In this document: positions 45,443-54,640 of the stretch, one piece after another
How the letters are laid out: the number at the start of each line of letters is the position of its first letter
Numbering within the stretch: position 1 is the first letter of the stretch
NCBI GenBank assembly: GCA_964492425.1
Contig: CAZBKB010000004.1
Coordinates: forward strand, 24,260-82,825
Direction: 5' to 3'
From: an uncultured Gammaproteobacteria bacterium
Lineage (GTDB): Bacteria; Patescibacteriota; Microgenomatia; Curtissbacterales; GWA2-41-24
Length of the DNA stretch: 58,566 nucleotides
Translations under genes and position numbers: made by a program
Notes under the pieces: model-generated
Seen by the model: only the letters and a program-made list of their open reading frames with translations
What the model was told of the DNA's origin: nothing
Databases searched by the model: none

Positions 45443-47869
45443 TTAGGCTGTGGTGGTTGGTGCCTGGAAAGATTCCTGGTCTTTTGAATTTTCTCTTTTG
45501 GCACTCTTCATGCCTCTTTCTTGAGGCAGCGCTTTTGTAAGGGCAACTTTGAGTACCTCATCCATGTGTTCTGCAAGAATAAACTGCAAGTCTCGTCTCA
45601 CGTTCTTTGGTATATCTTCCAAGTCTTTAGCATTTGGTTTTGGGAGAATAATGGTTCCAAGACCTGCCCTGTGAGCTGCTAATACTTTTTCTTTGACTCC
45701 TCCTATTTCCAAGACTCTTCCTCGCAAAGTCACCTCTCCAGTCATTCCAACTTCACGTCGTACAGAAATTTTTGTAAGAGCTGAAACTAGTGCTGTCGTT
45801 ATAGCAATACCTGCCGAAGGCCCTTCTTTTGGAACAGCACCTTCGGGAACATGTATGTGTACATCAATTTTTTGAACCTTATCTTCATTAAGTCCCAAAA
45901 CTTTTGCGCGTGATTTGACATAAGATAGAGCGGCTTGCGCAGACTCTTTCATAACATCTCCTAGTTGACCAGTTAATATAAGTTGACCCTTGCCTGGCAT
46001 TAAGGTAACTTCCACAAATAAGATTTCTCCGCCACTAGCCGTTACACTAAGTCCGGTGGACATGCCAATTTCATCTTGTTTTTCTGCAATTGCTTTAGTG
46101 AACTTATAAGGTCCAAGATAAGATTTAACTTGTTTTGGACTAATTTTTAACTTTTTATTTGTTATATATTTATTGGAGGCAATTTTTTTTGCAATTTTTC
46201 TGAGAACTGCGGCAATTTCGCGTTCTAACTCTCGTACTCCTGCTTCTCTGGTATATTTGGAAATTATTTCGCGAAGAGCTGTGTCTGTTATTTTTACTTT
46301 GTCTATTTTAAGTCCGTGAGATTCTACTTGCTTGGGTATAAGGAAGTCTTTTGCGATTCTGAATTTTTCTTCCTCAGTGTAACCGGGAAAGTTGATTACT
46401 TCAAGTCTATCACGCAGGGCAGGTGGTATTGTATCCAAAATGTTTGCTGTTGTAATAAACATTACATCCGATAGATCGTAGGGGACTTCCAAGTAGTGGT
46501 CCGAAAATTGATTATTTTGCTCCGGATCTAATGCCTCCAGAAGTGCTGACGAAGGATCACCTCTAAAGTCGGTACCGATTTTATCTATTTCGTCCAGCAT
46601 GAATACTGGGTTTTTTGCTCCAGAATTCTTAATCCCTTGAATTATTCTGCCAGGAAGAGCTCCAACATAGGTTCTCCTGTGACCTCGAATTTCCGCTTCA
46701 TCGTGGATGCCACCCAGAGACACTCTGATGAATTTGCGATCTAGTGATCTTGCAATCGATTTGCCTATAGAAGTCTTTCCAACACCTGGCGGACCGTAAA
46801 AGCAAAGTATAGGCCCCTTAATTTTCCCTACTAATTTGTGGACTGCTAGGTATTCCAAGATTCTTTCTTTAACTTTAGGTAAGCCATAATGGTCCTCATC
46901 TAAAACTTTTGCAGCCAAGTTTACATCCGCACTTTTTCTGTCAGTTACTTTCCATGGAAGATCAACCAACCATTCTAGATAAGTACGAATATAAGAAGAT
47001 TCTGGATTGTAGGAAGACATCTTGGCGAGTCTTGCCAATTCTCTTTCTGCCTTGACCATTACTTCCTCTGACATACCAGACGCTTTTATTTTCTTTTTAA
47101 ACTCTGTAATTTCTCTGGAGTCGTCGTCTTCCCCAAGTTCTTTTTCTATCGATTTCATTTTCTCGCGGAGAATCGCCTCTTTTGTGACCTTACCTACCCG
47201 TTCTTGGGTTTCAGTGTCGATTTTTGAAGAAATTTCTAAAATCCTAATTTCCCGTGTCAGGAGTTCAGAAAGTCTATTGAGGCGAGCTTTTGTGTCGACC
47301 ATTTCCAAGATTTGTTGTTTATCAGAAGTTTTAAGATCTATTGATGCGGCAATTATGTTAACCAGCTGGTTTGGATCATCTGTTGAGAAGATATGTATTG
47401 ACGATTCAAGTGTAAGTACACCTCCCAGTTCGCCGTATTTTTTAATTTTTGAAAGGGTGTTTCTAAAAAGGGCTTCTGTTTCTTCTGTCTTTTGGGATAA
47501 TTCTGGAATTTCTTCGACTTTGACAGCAAGGTATGGGTCTATTTGACTGAATTCTTTAAGGTATACACGTGTGAGACCCTCAACGGCTAAATTATATTCA
47601 TTATCAACTTTCCATAGGCGTCGAATTAAACCAACAGTACCCACCGAGTACATGTCATTGGGTGCCGGGTTTTCTATTCTCGGATTCCTTTGAGCAACAA
47701 ATACAGCCAATCGATCACCGGCCCATGCGCTATCCAGACCAAGCTTAACTTTTGGCCTTCCAACTGTTATCGGAACCATAGATGATGGAAAAACTACAGT
47801 ATCTCTGAGCGGAACTATTGGCAGCTCATTTTTGAGTCTTGGTCTTTGTTGATCAATAAACGTTGCCAT
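45443..47869 (-). CDS. lon: ATP-dependent Lon protease (LonA)
   Basis: LON N-domain, GPPGVGKTS, DEIDK, and protease site PKEGPSAGIAITTAL; 808 aa. Confidence 0.95.
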   Translation of the reverse strand: MATFIDQQRPRLKNELPIVPLRDTVVFPSSMVPITVGRPKVKLGLDSAWAGDRLAVFVAQRNPRIENPAPNDMYSVGTVGLIRRLWKVDNEYNLAVEGLTRVYLKEFSQIDPYLAVKVEEIPELSQKTEETEALFRNTLSKIKKYGELGGVLTLESSIHIFSTDDPNQLVNIIAASIDLKTSDKQQILEMVDTKARLNRLSELLTREIRILEISSKIDTETQERVGKVTKEAILREKMKSIEKELGEDDDSREITEFKKKIKASGMSEEVMVKAERELARLAKMSSYNPESSYIRTYLEWLVDLPWKVTDRKSADVNLAAKVLDEDHYGLPKVKERILEYLAVHKLVGKIKGPILCFYGPPGVGKTSIGKSIARSLDRKFIRVSLGGIHDEAEIRGHRRTYVGALPGRIIQGIKNSGAKNPVFMLDEIDKIGTDFRGDPSSALLEALDPEQNNQFSDHYLEVPYDLSDVMFITTANILDTIPPALRDRLEVINFPGYTEEEKFRIAKDFLIPKQVESHGLKIDKVKITDTALREIISKYTREAGVRELEREIAAVLRKIAKKIASNKYITNKKLKISPKQVKSYLGPYKFTKAIAEKQDEIGMSTGLSVTASGGEILFVEVTLMPGKGQLILTGQLGDVMKESAQAALSYVKSRAKVLGLNEDKVQKIDVHIHVPEGAVPKEGPSAGIAITTALVSALTKISVRREVGMTGEVTLRGRVLEIGGVKEKVLAAHRAGLGTIILPKPNAKDLEDIPKNVRRDLQFILAEHMDEVLKVALTKALPQERGMKSAKRENSKDQESFQAPTTTA

Positions 47870-47893
47870 GATTACTTATTTTAGCATCCTCTA

Positions 47894-47923
47894 GTTAGCA
47901 GAGAGCATACCATGAGTGCTAAC
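47894..47923. promoter_or_regulatory. CIRCE-like inverted repeat upstream of lon
   Basis: gTTAGCAgag-N10-GAGTGCTAAc. The right arm equals the CIRCE half-site GAGTGCTAA, the left arm matches 6/9, and the outer arms GTTAGCA/TGCTAAC are perfect. The spacer is 1 nt longer than canonical. It lies 25-54 nt upstream of the lon ATG and overlaps the lgt stop. Confidence 0.3.
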
Positions 47924-48683
47924 ATATGTCAACCTTTTTTTTGCCTTTAAGTTGGAATAATCCTAGTGATACTGCAATAATTGATAGTAACTGCGCGACT
48001 TTTATATTAGCAAACTGCCAGGTATCCATTCTGTAGAATTCCAGTGAAAATCTCACAGTTCCGTAAAGAATTAGATATAGAGCAAAGATTTGTCCCGGCT
48101 TTTTTAGTCGTTTAGAGAAGTACATAAGAGTGATAAAAATGAAAAGGTTTAACGCTGCTTCATAAAAAAATGTGGGGTGGAAATAAGGCGCCAGTAAATA
48201 CTGACTTGGACGATTTTGTGGATCTATATAAACCTTCCAAGGCATATTAGTCGGCTGACCAAAACCTTCTTGATTTACCCAGTTGCCAATCCGGCCAATT
48301 GCTTGGCCAACGGCCATTGAAGGGGCAGCAAGATCGAGAACGTTCGAAAACTTAATTTTCTTGACACGGCTAACATACAAAAAGCCTATAAAGACACCGA
48401 TTAATGCCCCCCAGATTCCCAAGCCGCCGTTTTGGATCTGGATAATCATCATTGGTTCTTTACTATAAGTTGACCAATAATCCAGGACGTGGTAAAGGCG
48501 TGCGCCAATTATCCCCACCAAGAGAGGGATTGCTAAAATCCAACTGTCGAAAATTTTTATATCAATTTTGTAAAGGTGAGCCCTTTTCTTTGCAACATAC
48601 CATCCGACAAGAACTGCTAGGGCAATAACCAAGCCGTATGTATGTATGGTGGCAGGGCCTATTTCTATTGTTTTAGGAATCAT
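47919..48683 (-). CDS. lgt: prolipoprotein diacylglyceryl transferase
   Basis: ...HTYGLVIALAVL..., GARLYHV, GRIGNWVNQEGFG; 254 aa. Confidence 0.9.
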   Translation of the reverse strand: MIPKTIEIGPATIHTYGLVIALAVLVGWYVAKKRAHLYKIDIKIFDSWILAIPLLVGIIGARLYHVLDYWSTYSKEPMMIIQIQNGGLGIWGALIGVFIGFLYVSRVKKIKFSNVLDLAAPSMAVGQAIGRIGNWVNQEGFGQPTNMPWKVYIDPQNRPSQYLLAPYFHPTFFYEAALNLFIFITLMYFSKRLKKPGQIFALYLILYGTVRFSLEFYRMDTWQFANIKVAQLLSIIAVSLGLFQLKGKKKVDIC

Positions 48684-49263
48684 TTTTCGATATGAATTTT
48701 ACTACAATTAATAATACAAGTATTGTTAAAAGTATGTTCGTTATTACTTTTTGGGTGAAAAATATAAAAAAGTCGAGTGAGAAAATGGTAACTAACGTAT
48801 CGCTTGGTGTAAAAAGCCAATCGTTATTTCTAAAGAATATTTTGTGAAAGACGGTAAATGCATTGTTAAAATTTAAGAGTGCGGAAATAAATATTAACAG
48901 GATTATGAGAGTTATGAAAATGAGACCCAAGATAATTCCTCTTTTCAACTGTGTAAACTTTTTTTTGCGACCAAGATAAAGTGAAGTTGCGATTAAGACA
49001 AACAGTGCAAGCACGTTTATGATTTTCGCCCAGTCTACTAATTTCTTTACATCTTGCATATGTGTATTCGCCTGAGGAGAAAAATAAGTTTTGTCGAGCG
49101 GAGTTCCTATCCTAAGGAATGAGACAATGTTGAGGGCATAGTGAATTTTTTCACCGTCTTTAAAATAAGTCTTGTAGGTATTGTCTGTAAAGGTCAGAGC
49201 AAGCAGATTTGTGAGAATGATTGTGACAGGTAGAGCCAAAGCTATTAATAGTTGAGGTTTCAT
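48673..49263 (-). CDS. DUF1461 / TIGR01906-type integral membrane protein (Lit-like, lipoprotein intramolecular transacylase family)
   Basis: 196 aa. ...ANTHMQDVKKLVDWAK... and FTVFHKIFFRNNDWLFTPSDTLVTIFSLDFF fit the two conserved DUF1461 blocks. 11-nt overlap with lgt. Confidence 0.55.
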   Translation of the reverse strand: MKPQLLIALALPVTIILTNLLALTFTDNTYKTYFKDGEKIHYALNIVSFLRIGTPLDKTYFSPQANTHMQDVKKLVDWAKIINVLALFVLIATSLYLGRKKKFTQLKRGIILGLIFITLIILLIFISALLNFNNAFTVFHKIFFRNNDWLFTPSDTLVTIFSLDFFIFFTQKVITNILLTILVLLIVVKFISKNDS

Positions 49264-49311
49264 ACGTACATATTAACAGTTGTTGCAAATAGACAATAGT
49301 GATTTAATTTT

Positions 49312-49863
49312 GTGGTGAAGATTTACACGAAAACCGGAGATAGTGGCACCACATCTCTATTTGGGGGAAAACGGGTTGATAAAAACTCGGCGCGGATTGA
49401 AGCCTACGGCTCTGTTGACGAGCTGAATTCTCTGATTGGGACAGTTGTTGCAGATACTCCACCTGCTAATGTTTTAAAAAAGTTAATACGTATTCAGAGT
49501 GAACTTTTTGTTCTGGGTACAGACCTAGCAACACCTGCTGACGTCAAGGCGAAAATGCCCAGAGTTACAAAAACTTTTATCAGGCAACTTGAGAGGGAAA
49601 TTGATGCATTCGATAAGACATTACCGGTACTTAAAAATTTCATTTTACCGGGAGGCGGAAAAGTTGGGTCAAAGCTTCACTTGGCAAGGACTGTGGCAAG
49701 ACGGGCTGAACGAAAAATTGTTGAATTGGTAAATGAGGAAAAAATTAATCAAAACAGTCTTATATATATTAACCGGCTTAGCGATTGGTTGTTTGTTTTG
49801 GCGCGATATATTAATTGGGAGGAAAATGCTAAAGAGGCTATTTGGAAGGGAAGAAGAAAATAA
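49312..49863 (+). CDS. ATP:cob(I)alamin adenosyltransferase, PduO type
   Basis: VKIYTKTGDSGTTSLFGG, ...GSVDELNS..., FILPGG, ...HLARTVARRAER.... GTG start. Confidence 0.85.
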   Translation: MVKIYTKTGDSGTTSLFGGKRVDKNSARIEAYGSVDELNSLIGTVVADTPPANVLKKLIRIQSELFVLGTDLATPADVKAKMPRVTKTFIRQLEREIDAFDKTLPVLKNFILPGGGKVGSKLHLARTVARRAERKIVELVNEEKINQNSLIYINRLSDWLFVLARYINWEENAKEAIWKGRRK

Positions 49864-49875
49864 TTTATTCAAATA

Positions 49876-50868
49876 TTATTGATTCCCACTAATTTCTTTG
49901 TAGCTGTCTGATGCCGAATCAAAAAATCCATCGTCAAGTATTTTGCCTTTTTCAAAATAATCTTTAATTTGTGGGAGAAGTTTTATAGCAAACTGAATTT
50001 GTCTTTTGTTTTTTCTACCTTCATCTTCTAGCGAAGCGTCTAACTTGCCTTTATTCCCTAAAATATCCTCTTCTATAATTCCATAATGGATAGCATAAAC
50101 AACTCCTTCTGAAAAATCTTGCGGAGGTATCCCTCTTTTGGAAAGTTCATCGCTTATCGGTGGAGAATAAGGATCGAATTGATTATGCAAGATTTCGTGA
50201 ACAACTGCTCCGGCTTCATGAGTAGGGTCTACTCTCTCCCTTGAAGTACTCAAAACCAGGTTGGGTTTTATCGCTTGAGAAAAACCTAATTCGTTGCCTA
50301 GAGGTGCCCAAAGAGAATATACCTGCTGGTCTTGCGCAAACGAAGTGTATAAACCTAAAAAATTTTTAAACTTGCTAACTACTTTGGTTAATCCCTTTTT
50401 ACCAATCTCTTCTTGAACTTGTGTAAACATTTCTTTTGAAGTTTTGTAATGGCTTGCAAATCTGGGATCAAAATGTTTTATGGCATCCGCCAGTTTCTGT
50501 CCATTATCCCCGTATTGCTGTATTAATGCTTGTTCTTGCTCGTCAACAGTTTGGTTGTTTTCGTTAAAAACAAGTTGATGAAACTTTTCCCAATCTTCGG
50601 GTGATTTGATAACTTGGTCTTGGGCATCTCTGAACTGCTGTAGTTTGAAAACGTCTTGGTCGTCTAGGCCAATTTCTGCTTCCCACCATTCCTTATATCT
50701 TGGATCTGCACTTTCTCTGTCACTATTTGCCAGATTATTAACAACCCAGTAAAGATTTGAGGGATAAGTTTCATGAAAAGTTATCCCTTCGGCTGTATGT
50801 ATGTCTTTTTCTTTTACCAAAGAATCTTGGGAGCGAATAGTTTCTGTTTCAGCGGATTCATCAATCAT
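49876..50868 (-). CDS. hypothetical HExxH protein (putative metallopeptidase)
   Basis: 330 aa, no signal peptide. AGAVVHEILHNQFDP...(26 aa)...FSEGVVYAIHYG. Confidence 0.45.
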   Translation of the reverse strand: MIDESAETETIRSQDSLVKEKDIHTAEGITFHETYPSNLYWVVNNLANSDRESADPRYKEWWEAEIGLDDQDVFKLQQFRDAQDQVIKSPEDWEKFHQLVFNENNQTVDEQEQALIQQYGDNGQKLADAIKHFDPRFASHYKTSKEMFTQVQEEIGKKGLTKVVSKFKNFLGLYTSFAQDQQVYSLWAPLGNELGFSQAIKPNLVLSTSRERVDPTHEAGAVVHEILHNQFDPYSPPISDELSKRGIPPQDFSEGVVYAIHYGIIEEDILGNKGKLDASLEDEGRKNKRQIQFAIKLLPQIKDYFEKGKILDDGFFDSASDSYKEISGNQ

Positions 50869-50905
50869 GTCGGCTGGTTTTTATTTATCTATAAATTATA
50901 GTCTA

Positions 50906-51408
50906 TCAAGTATTAAGAAGTTTTGATATTTCTTCTTGAGTTAAATTTCTAAACTTCCGAAGCGGTAAGCTTCCCAGTTTTAGCGACCCGATTGAAATTC
51001 GTTTAAGTTCTAGTATGTGCAGATGCAGTGTCGAAAGCATTCGGCGGATTTGGCGCTTTTTAACATCAAAAAGCGTGATTTCTACAATGCTGTGGTGGGG
51101 GAGAGATTGCGTTTTTATTTGGACATTTGACGGGACCAGTTCTAAAACATTTTTCTCCCATTTTATTTTGGCGGCGGTTGATGTGTAACCCTGAGGTTTG
51201 TTGAGGATAATATATACTTTTTCCTCTCCCTGCCTGTGACTTCTTTACCGTCTACTGATATCTTATCTTTTTCCGGGTCTACTTGTTGGCCTACTGTTAC
51301 AACCTCTTCGTTGATTTTTACTCTTCCCTCATCAACCATTTCATCTATCGAGCGGCAAGATGCCATGTCAATTGATGCTAAGTATTTATTGATGCGGATT
51401 GATGACAT
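50906..51408 (-). pseudogene. decayed RsuA/RluB-family pseudouridine synthase (frameshift plus loss of catalytic core)
   Basis: The S4 domain ORF (MSSIRINKYLA...VDPEKDKISVDGKEV) stops at 51163. The +2 frame continues YIILNKPQGYTSTAAK...VLELVPSNVQ and then jumps directly to ...IVEITLFDVKKRQIRRMLSTLHLHILELKRISIGSLKLGSLPLRKFRNLTQEEISKLL-stop (50906). The GRLDxxTxGLLLLTND catalytic block is absent. The frame change maps near the A5 run at 51218-51222. Confidence 0.6.
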
Positions 51409-51822
51409 TCAGAAGTCGATTTTCTTTCCTTTAGATTCTTTGGCAATTTGGCGCTTACCGGCTTTTGAATAAAATTCTGAAAGGACTTCTTCTTTCAAGT
51501 GTTCGAGGTCATGGACGTGGTTTAGAATTTGGATATAAGCATCGCGGGTTTTGTCGGAGCGACCTAGGGGTGTCAGGGTTGCCCTGAGTTCTTGAATACG
51601 GTTGTCTAGGGTATTTTTGAGTGTATGGATTTGTCCCTGCGGTGCAAGAGATCTAAAAACTGTGTTGGTTAACAAAACTTCCCAATGACCATTGTTTATG
51701 AAAAATTCCAACTCTTGGGTTTGTTCTCGAGTTACTTTTGAATCCTCTTTAACGGCCTGAACTTTTTCTGACAGGAGTTCGATAACATATCTTTTTGCAT
51801 CCTTTACCGATGGCTTTTTCAT
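51409..51822 (-). CDS. hypothetical protein
   Basis: 137 aa, predicted helical, no recognisable family. Sits between nrdJ and the pseudouridine synthase relic. Confidence 0.45.
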   Translation of the reverse strand: MKKPSVKDAKRYVIELLSEKVQAVKEDSKVTREQTQELEFFINNGHWEVLLTNTVFRSLAPQGQIHTLKNTLDNRIQELRATLTPLGRSDKTRDAYIQILNHVHDLEHLKEEVLSEFYSKAGKRQIAKESKGKKIDF

Positions 51823-51847
51823 GAGGGAATTATACAGCTTCGGAGTT

Positions 51848-54640
51848 TTAGCTGCACTTGGACCAGCCGCAGGTGGGGTTAACGCATTTGCGGCAGCCTT
51901 CTTGATATATAAGCGGTGAGGAACAATCAGGGCAGGAGTTGAACTTGGTTTCGATCATTTTTTCTTCGTGAATTACTGTCATTAGTCCTTCTCCCCCTGG
52001 TGTAAAGGTTATTTGTGAAAGTGACATTTGTTTTTCCGGTATATCTATGTATGATTTTACATTGCCGTTGGAATATCCATTAGTGTGCCCGTTAGTATGA
52101 CCATTTCCGTTTGACGCAAGAGAGTGTCTGTTCCCATCAGCAGACGTGGGTGATTTAATAATTTCTTCCTGTGTCATCTCCGATTCTTCCGTAACCGGCA
52201 GTTGCAGCTGTTTTGCTTTGGCAATTTCGAGAAGCGATTTACCGACAGCATCGAATGCACTAAGCACCGAGTCCGGCCCCAAACCATATGGAGTTCCGCA
52301 AGAAATTCCAACTAAATCTGTTGCAATTTCTTCTATTGAGGCGCCATATTTGAGGGCGCGCGAAGCAAGACGGCCGGTAACTTCTGCTGCTCCTGCAATG
52401 TATCCGCCAGTTTTGCCAATGTTTACAAAGACTTCAACAGGTGTGCCGTCACCATCGCGGAAAACTGATGTGTAGACCTGGCCTACATCTGCTTTTTTGC
52501 GTACTCTCATTCCCCAAGCTTCTTGTGGTGTTGGGCGTTTGGTAGGTACATTTGAAATTTCTTCCCGGGTCTCCTCATTGATTCCTCCTCCAGAGGCGGG
52601 CTGATGTTTTCTGGTCATCTGGTCGTAGTAAGACTTTTCTTTTTTAACTTCCAAAACCTGTTTCTGGCGGGAACCGTCACGATAGATTGTAATCATGTTG
52701 CAGCCAAGTTCGTAGCTTAGCCAGTAAGCTTCACGAACATCTTCGACAGTCGCTTCATTGGGGAAATTGATGGTTTTACTGATGCCATTATCTGTAAACT
52801 TTTGGAACGCGGCAGCCATTCTGACGTGGTCTTTTGGCGCAATATCAGCTGCAACCACATAAGTTTTTTTAAGTTCTTGGGGAATATCATCCAAGTTTTG
52901 GATAGATCCTCGGTTTTCTTCAACTTTATTTAAAAGATGTTCATTTTCCAAGCCCCTTTGCTTTAGGGTCTCTAGGAAATATGGGTTCGTTGTGAATAGT
53001 CTCTTTCCTTCTATTGTGTTTTTAGCATAAGTTAAGGCGAAGTGTGGTTCTATTCCACTAGAACAGTCAGCAAGAAGAGAAATCGTGCCAGTTGGTGCAA
53101 TTGTTGTTCTGGCACCATTTCTGGGTTTGATTTCGCCCGGCTTATCATAGTTTGACCCTTTGAATGCAGGGAAAACTCCACGGATTTTAGCCAGATTTAC
53201 ACTTGCAATATCCGATTCATGTTGCACAAACCTCATTATTTCTTCTGCCAGTTCAAAACCCTCTTGTGTGTCGTAGCCTATATCAAGTTTAACCAACATG
53301 TCAGCCCAGCCCATGACACCAAGACCAACACGGCGAATTTGGCTGGTCATTTTGTCGATTTCCTCAACAGGATATTCGTTCATGTCAAGGACGTTATCCA
53401 AAAAGTGGATTGCTATACGTATTGCCCGACGCATGTCATCCCAATTGATCTTTTGATCTGGCAATTTATCTTTGACCCTTCGATCATCCTCAGGGTAAAC
53501 GAACTTGGCGAGGTTGATTGAGCCCAATGTGCAGGCATCGTATGGTAGAAGCGGTTGCTCGGCACAAGGATTTGTTGCTTCTATAAGGCCTATATTCGGA
53601 GTTGGGTTTGCACGTGAGCTGTTAACACGATCTATTAAAATCATGCCTGGATCTCCATATTGCCAAGCGAGTTTGGTGATTAGGTCAAATATTTTCTTGG
53701 CGTTAAGGCGACCTGTAATCTCTTTTGTCCTTGGGTTAACCAAGTCATATCCTTCCCCTGCATGAGTTGCACGACACACTTTATAGAGTTTGCCAACTGC
53801 TTCTTCTACTCTGACATTTTTCAGATCAAGGTCGCGAATTGTGTATGCTTCTTTTAATTCGTTGATAATATCATCAACATAAAGCTCGCCTTCGATATAT
53901 TTTTCATCATCTTTTACTTTTTCCATAAATTCTTCTGTTACTGTCATTGAAATGTTGAAATTAGTAAGTGAAAATTCATCCACTTTGTGAACAGCAAAAC
54001 GTAAAATGTCTGGGTGGTTATAGTGTAGGATCCCCATGTTGGCTCCACGTCGGACCCCACCTTGGCGGATTTGAGAGGTTACATCGTTGTATGCTTGCAG
54101 AAAGGCAACCGGGCCAGTAGTTTTGCCTTTGCTGGTTCCTATCACGTCGTCTTTTGGCCTAAGTCTTGAGAATGAAAAGCCCGTCCCTCCGCCCATTTTG
54201 TGTATCATGGCCATATCGCGCATAGTTTTAAGGATCGACTCTAAATCGTCGTCGACAGGAAGAACGAAGCATGCGGAGAGTGACTGTCCTGTTTTGCCGG
54301 AATTAACCAGTGTTGGAGTGTTTGGAATAAATTTTTGAGAAGCCATGAGCTTGTAAAACTCACGAGCGCTTGTGTTGTGGTCTTTGGCACTACCGTAGAT
54401 TCTGTCCGCCGCACCGATATAATAAGCTACTCTCCAAAATAATTCTTTTGGAGTTTCTATTGGTTCGCCAGTCTCGTCGCGAAATGAATAGCGGGTCTTG
54501 GCAATGTAAGCTGCATTTTCGGATAAGGCCGGTTCAATGAGGTCAGCAGGAGGTTGTGGAATATTTCTGCCAGCTACTCTGGCCATATTCCTTTCTTTGT
54601 GCCTGAGGTTAACTTTGGTTGTGCTTGTTGTCTTTTTCAT
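51848..54640 (-). CDS. nrdJ: adenosylcobalamin-dependent ribonucleotide reductase, class II
   Basis: 930 aa. ...FIPNTPTLVNSG..., ATNPCAEQPLLPYDACTLGSINL, ...TIAPTGTISL..., and a C-terminal Cys4 zinc ribbon CPDCSSPLIYQEGCRKCVNPTCGWSKCS. ATGA overlap with nrdR. Confidence 0.9.
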   Translation of the reverse strand: MKKTTSTTKVNLRHKERNMARVAGRNIPQPPADLIEPALSENAAYIAKTRYSFRDETGEPIETPKELFWRVAYYIGAADRIYGSAKDHNTSAREFYKLMASQKFIPNTPTLVNSGKTGQSLSACFVLPVDDDLESILKTMRDMAMIHKMGGGTGFSFSRLRPKDDVIGTSKGKTTGPVAFLQAYNDVTSQIRQGGVRRGANMGILHYNHPDILRFAVHKVDEFSLTNFNISMTVTEEFMEKVKDDEKYIEGELYVDDIINELKEAYTIRDLDLKNVRVEEAVGKLYKVCRATHAGEGYDLVNPRTKEITGRLNAKKIFDLITKLAWQYGDPGMILIDRVNSSRANPTPNIGLIEATNPCAEQPLLPYDACTLGSINLAKFVYPEDDRRVKDKLPDQKINWDDMRRAIRIAIHFLDNVLDMNEYPVEEIDKMTSQIRRVGLGVMGWADMLVKLDIGYDTQEGFELAEEIMRFVQHESDIASVNLAKIRGVFPAFKGSNYDKPGEIKPRNGARTTIAPTGTISLLADCSSGIEPHFALTYAKNTIEGKRLFTTNPYFLETLKQRGLENEHLLNKVEENRGSIQNLDDIPQELKKTYVVAADIAPKDHVRMAAAFQKFTDNGISKTINFPNEATVEDVREAYWLSYELGCNMITIYRDGSRQKQVLEVKKEKSYYDQMTRKHQPASGGGINEETREEISNVPTKRPTPQEAWGMRVRKKADVGQVYTSVFRDGDGTPVEVFVNIGKTGGYIAGAAEVTGRLASRALKYGASIEEIATDLVGISCGTPYGLGPDSVLSAFDAVGKSLLEIAKAKQLQLPVTEESEMTQEEIIKSPTSADGNRHSLASNGNGHTNGHTNGYSNGNVKSYIDIPEKQMSLSQITFTPGGEGLMTVIHEEKMIETKFNSCPDCSSPLIYQEGCRKCVNPTCGWSKCS

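Noticed and set aside
51848-54640. Intein or intron in nrdJ, given its 930-aa length and the HTNGHTNGYSNGN low-complexity stretch
   Set aside because: I saw no intein splice-junction blocks and no homing-endonuclease motifs. The extra length is explained by the N-terminal extension, a low-complexity linker and the C-terminal zinc ribbon.
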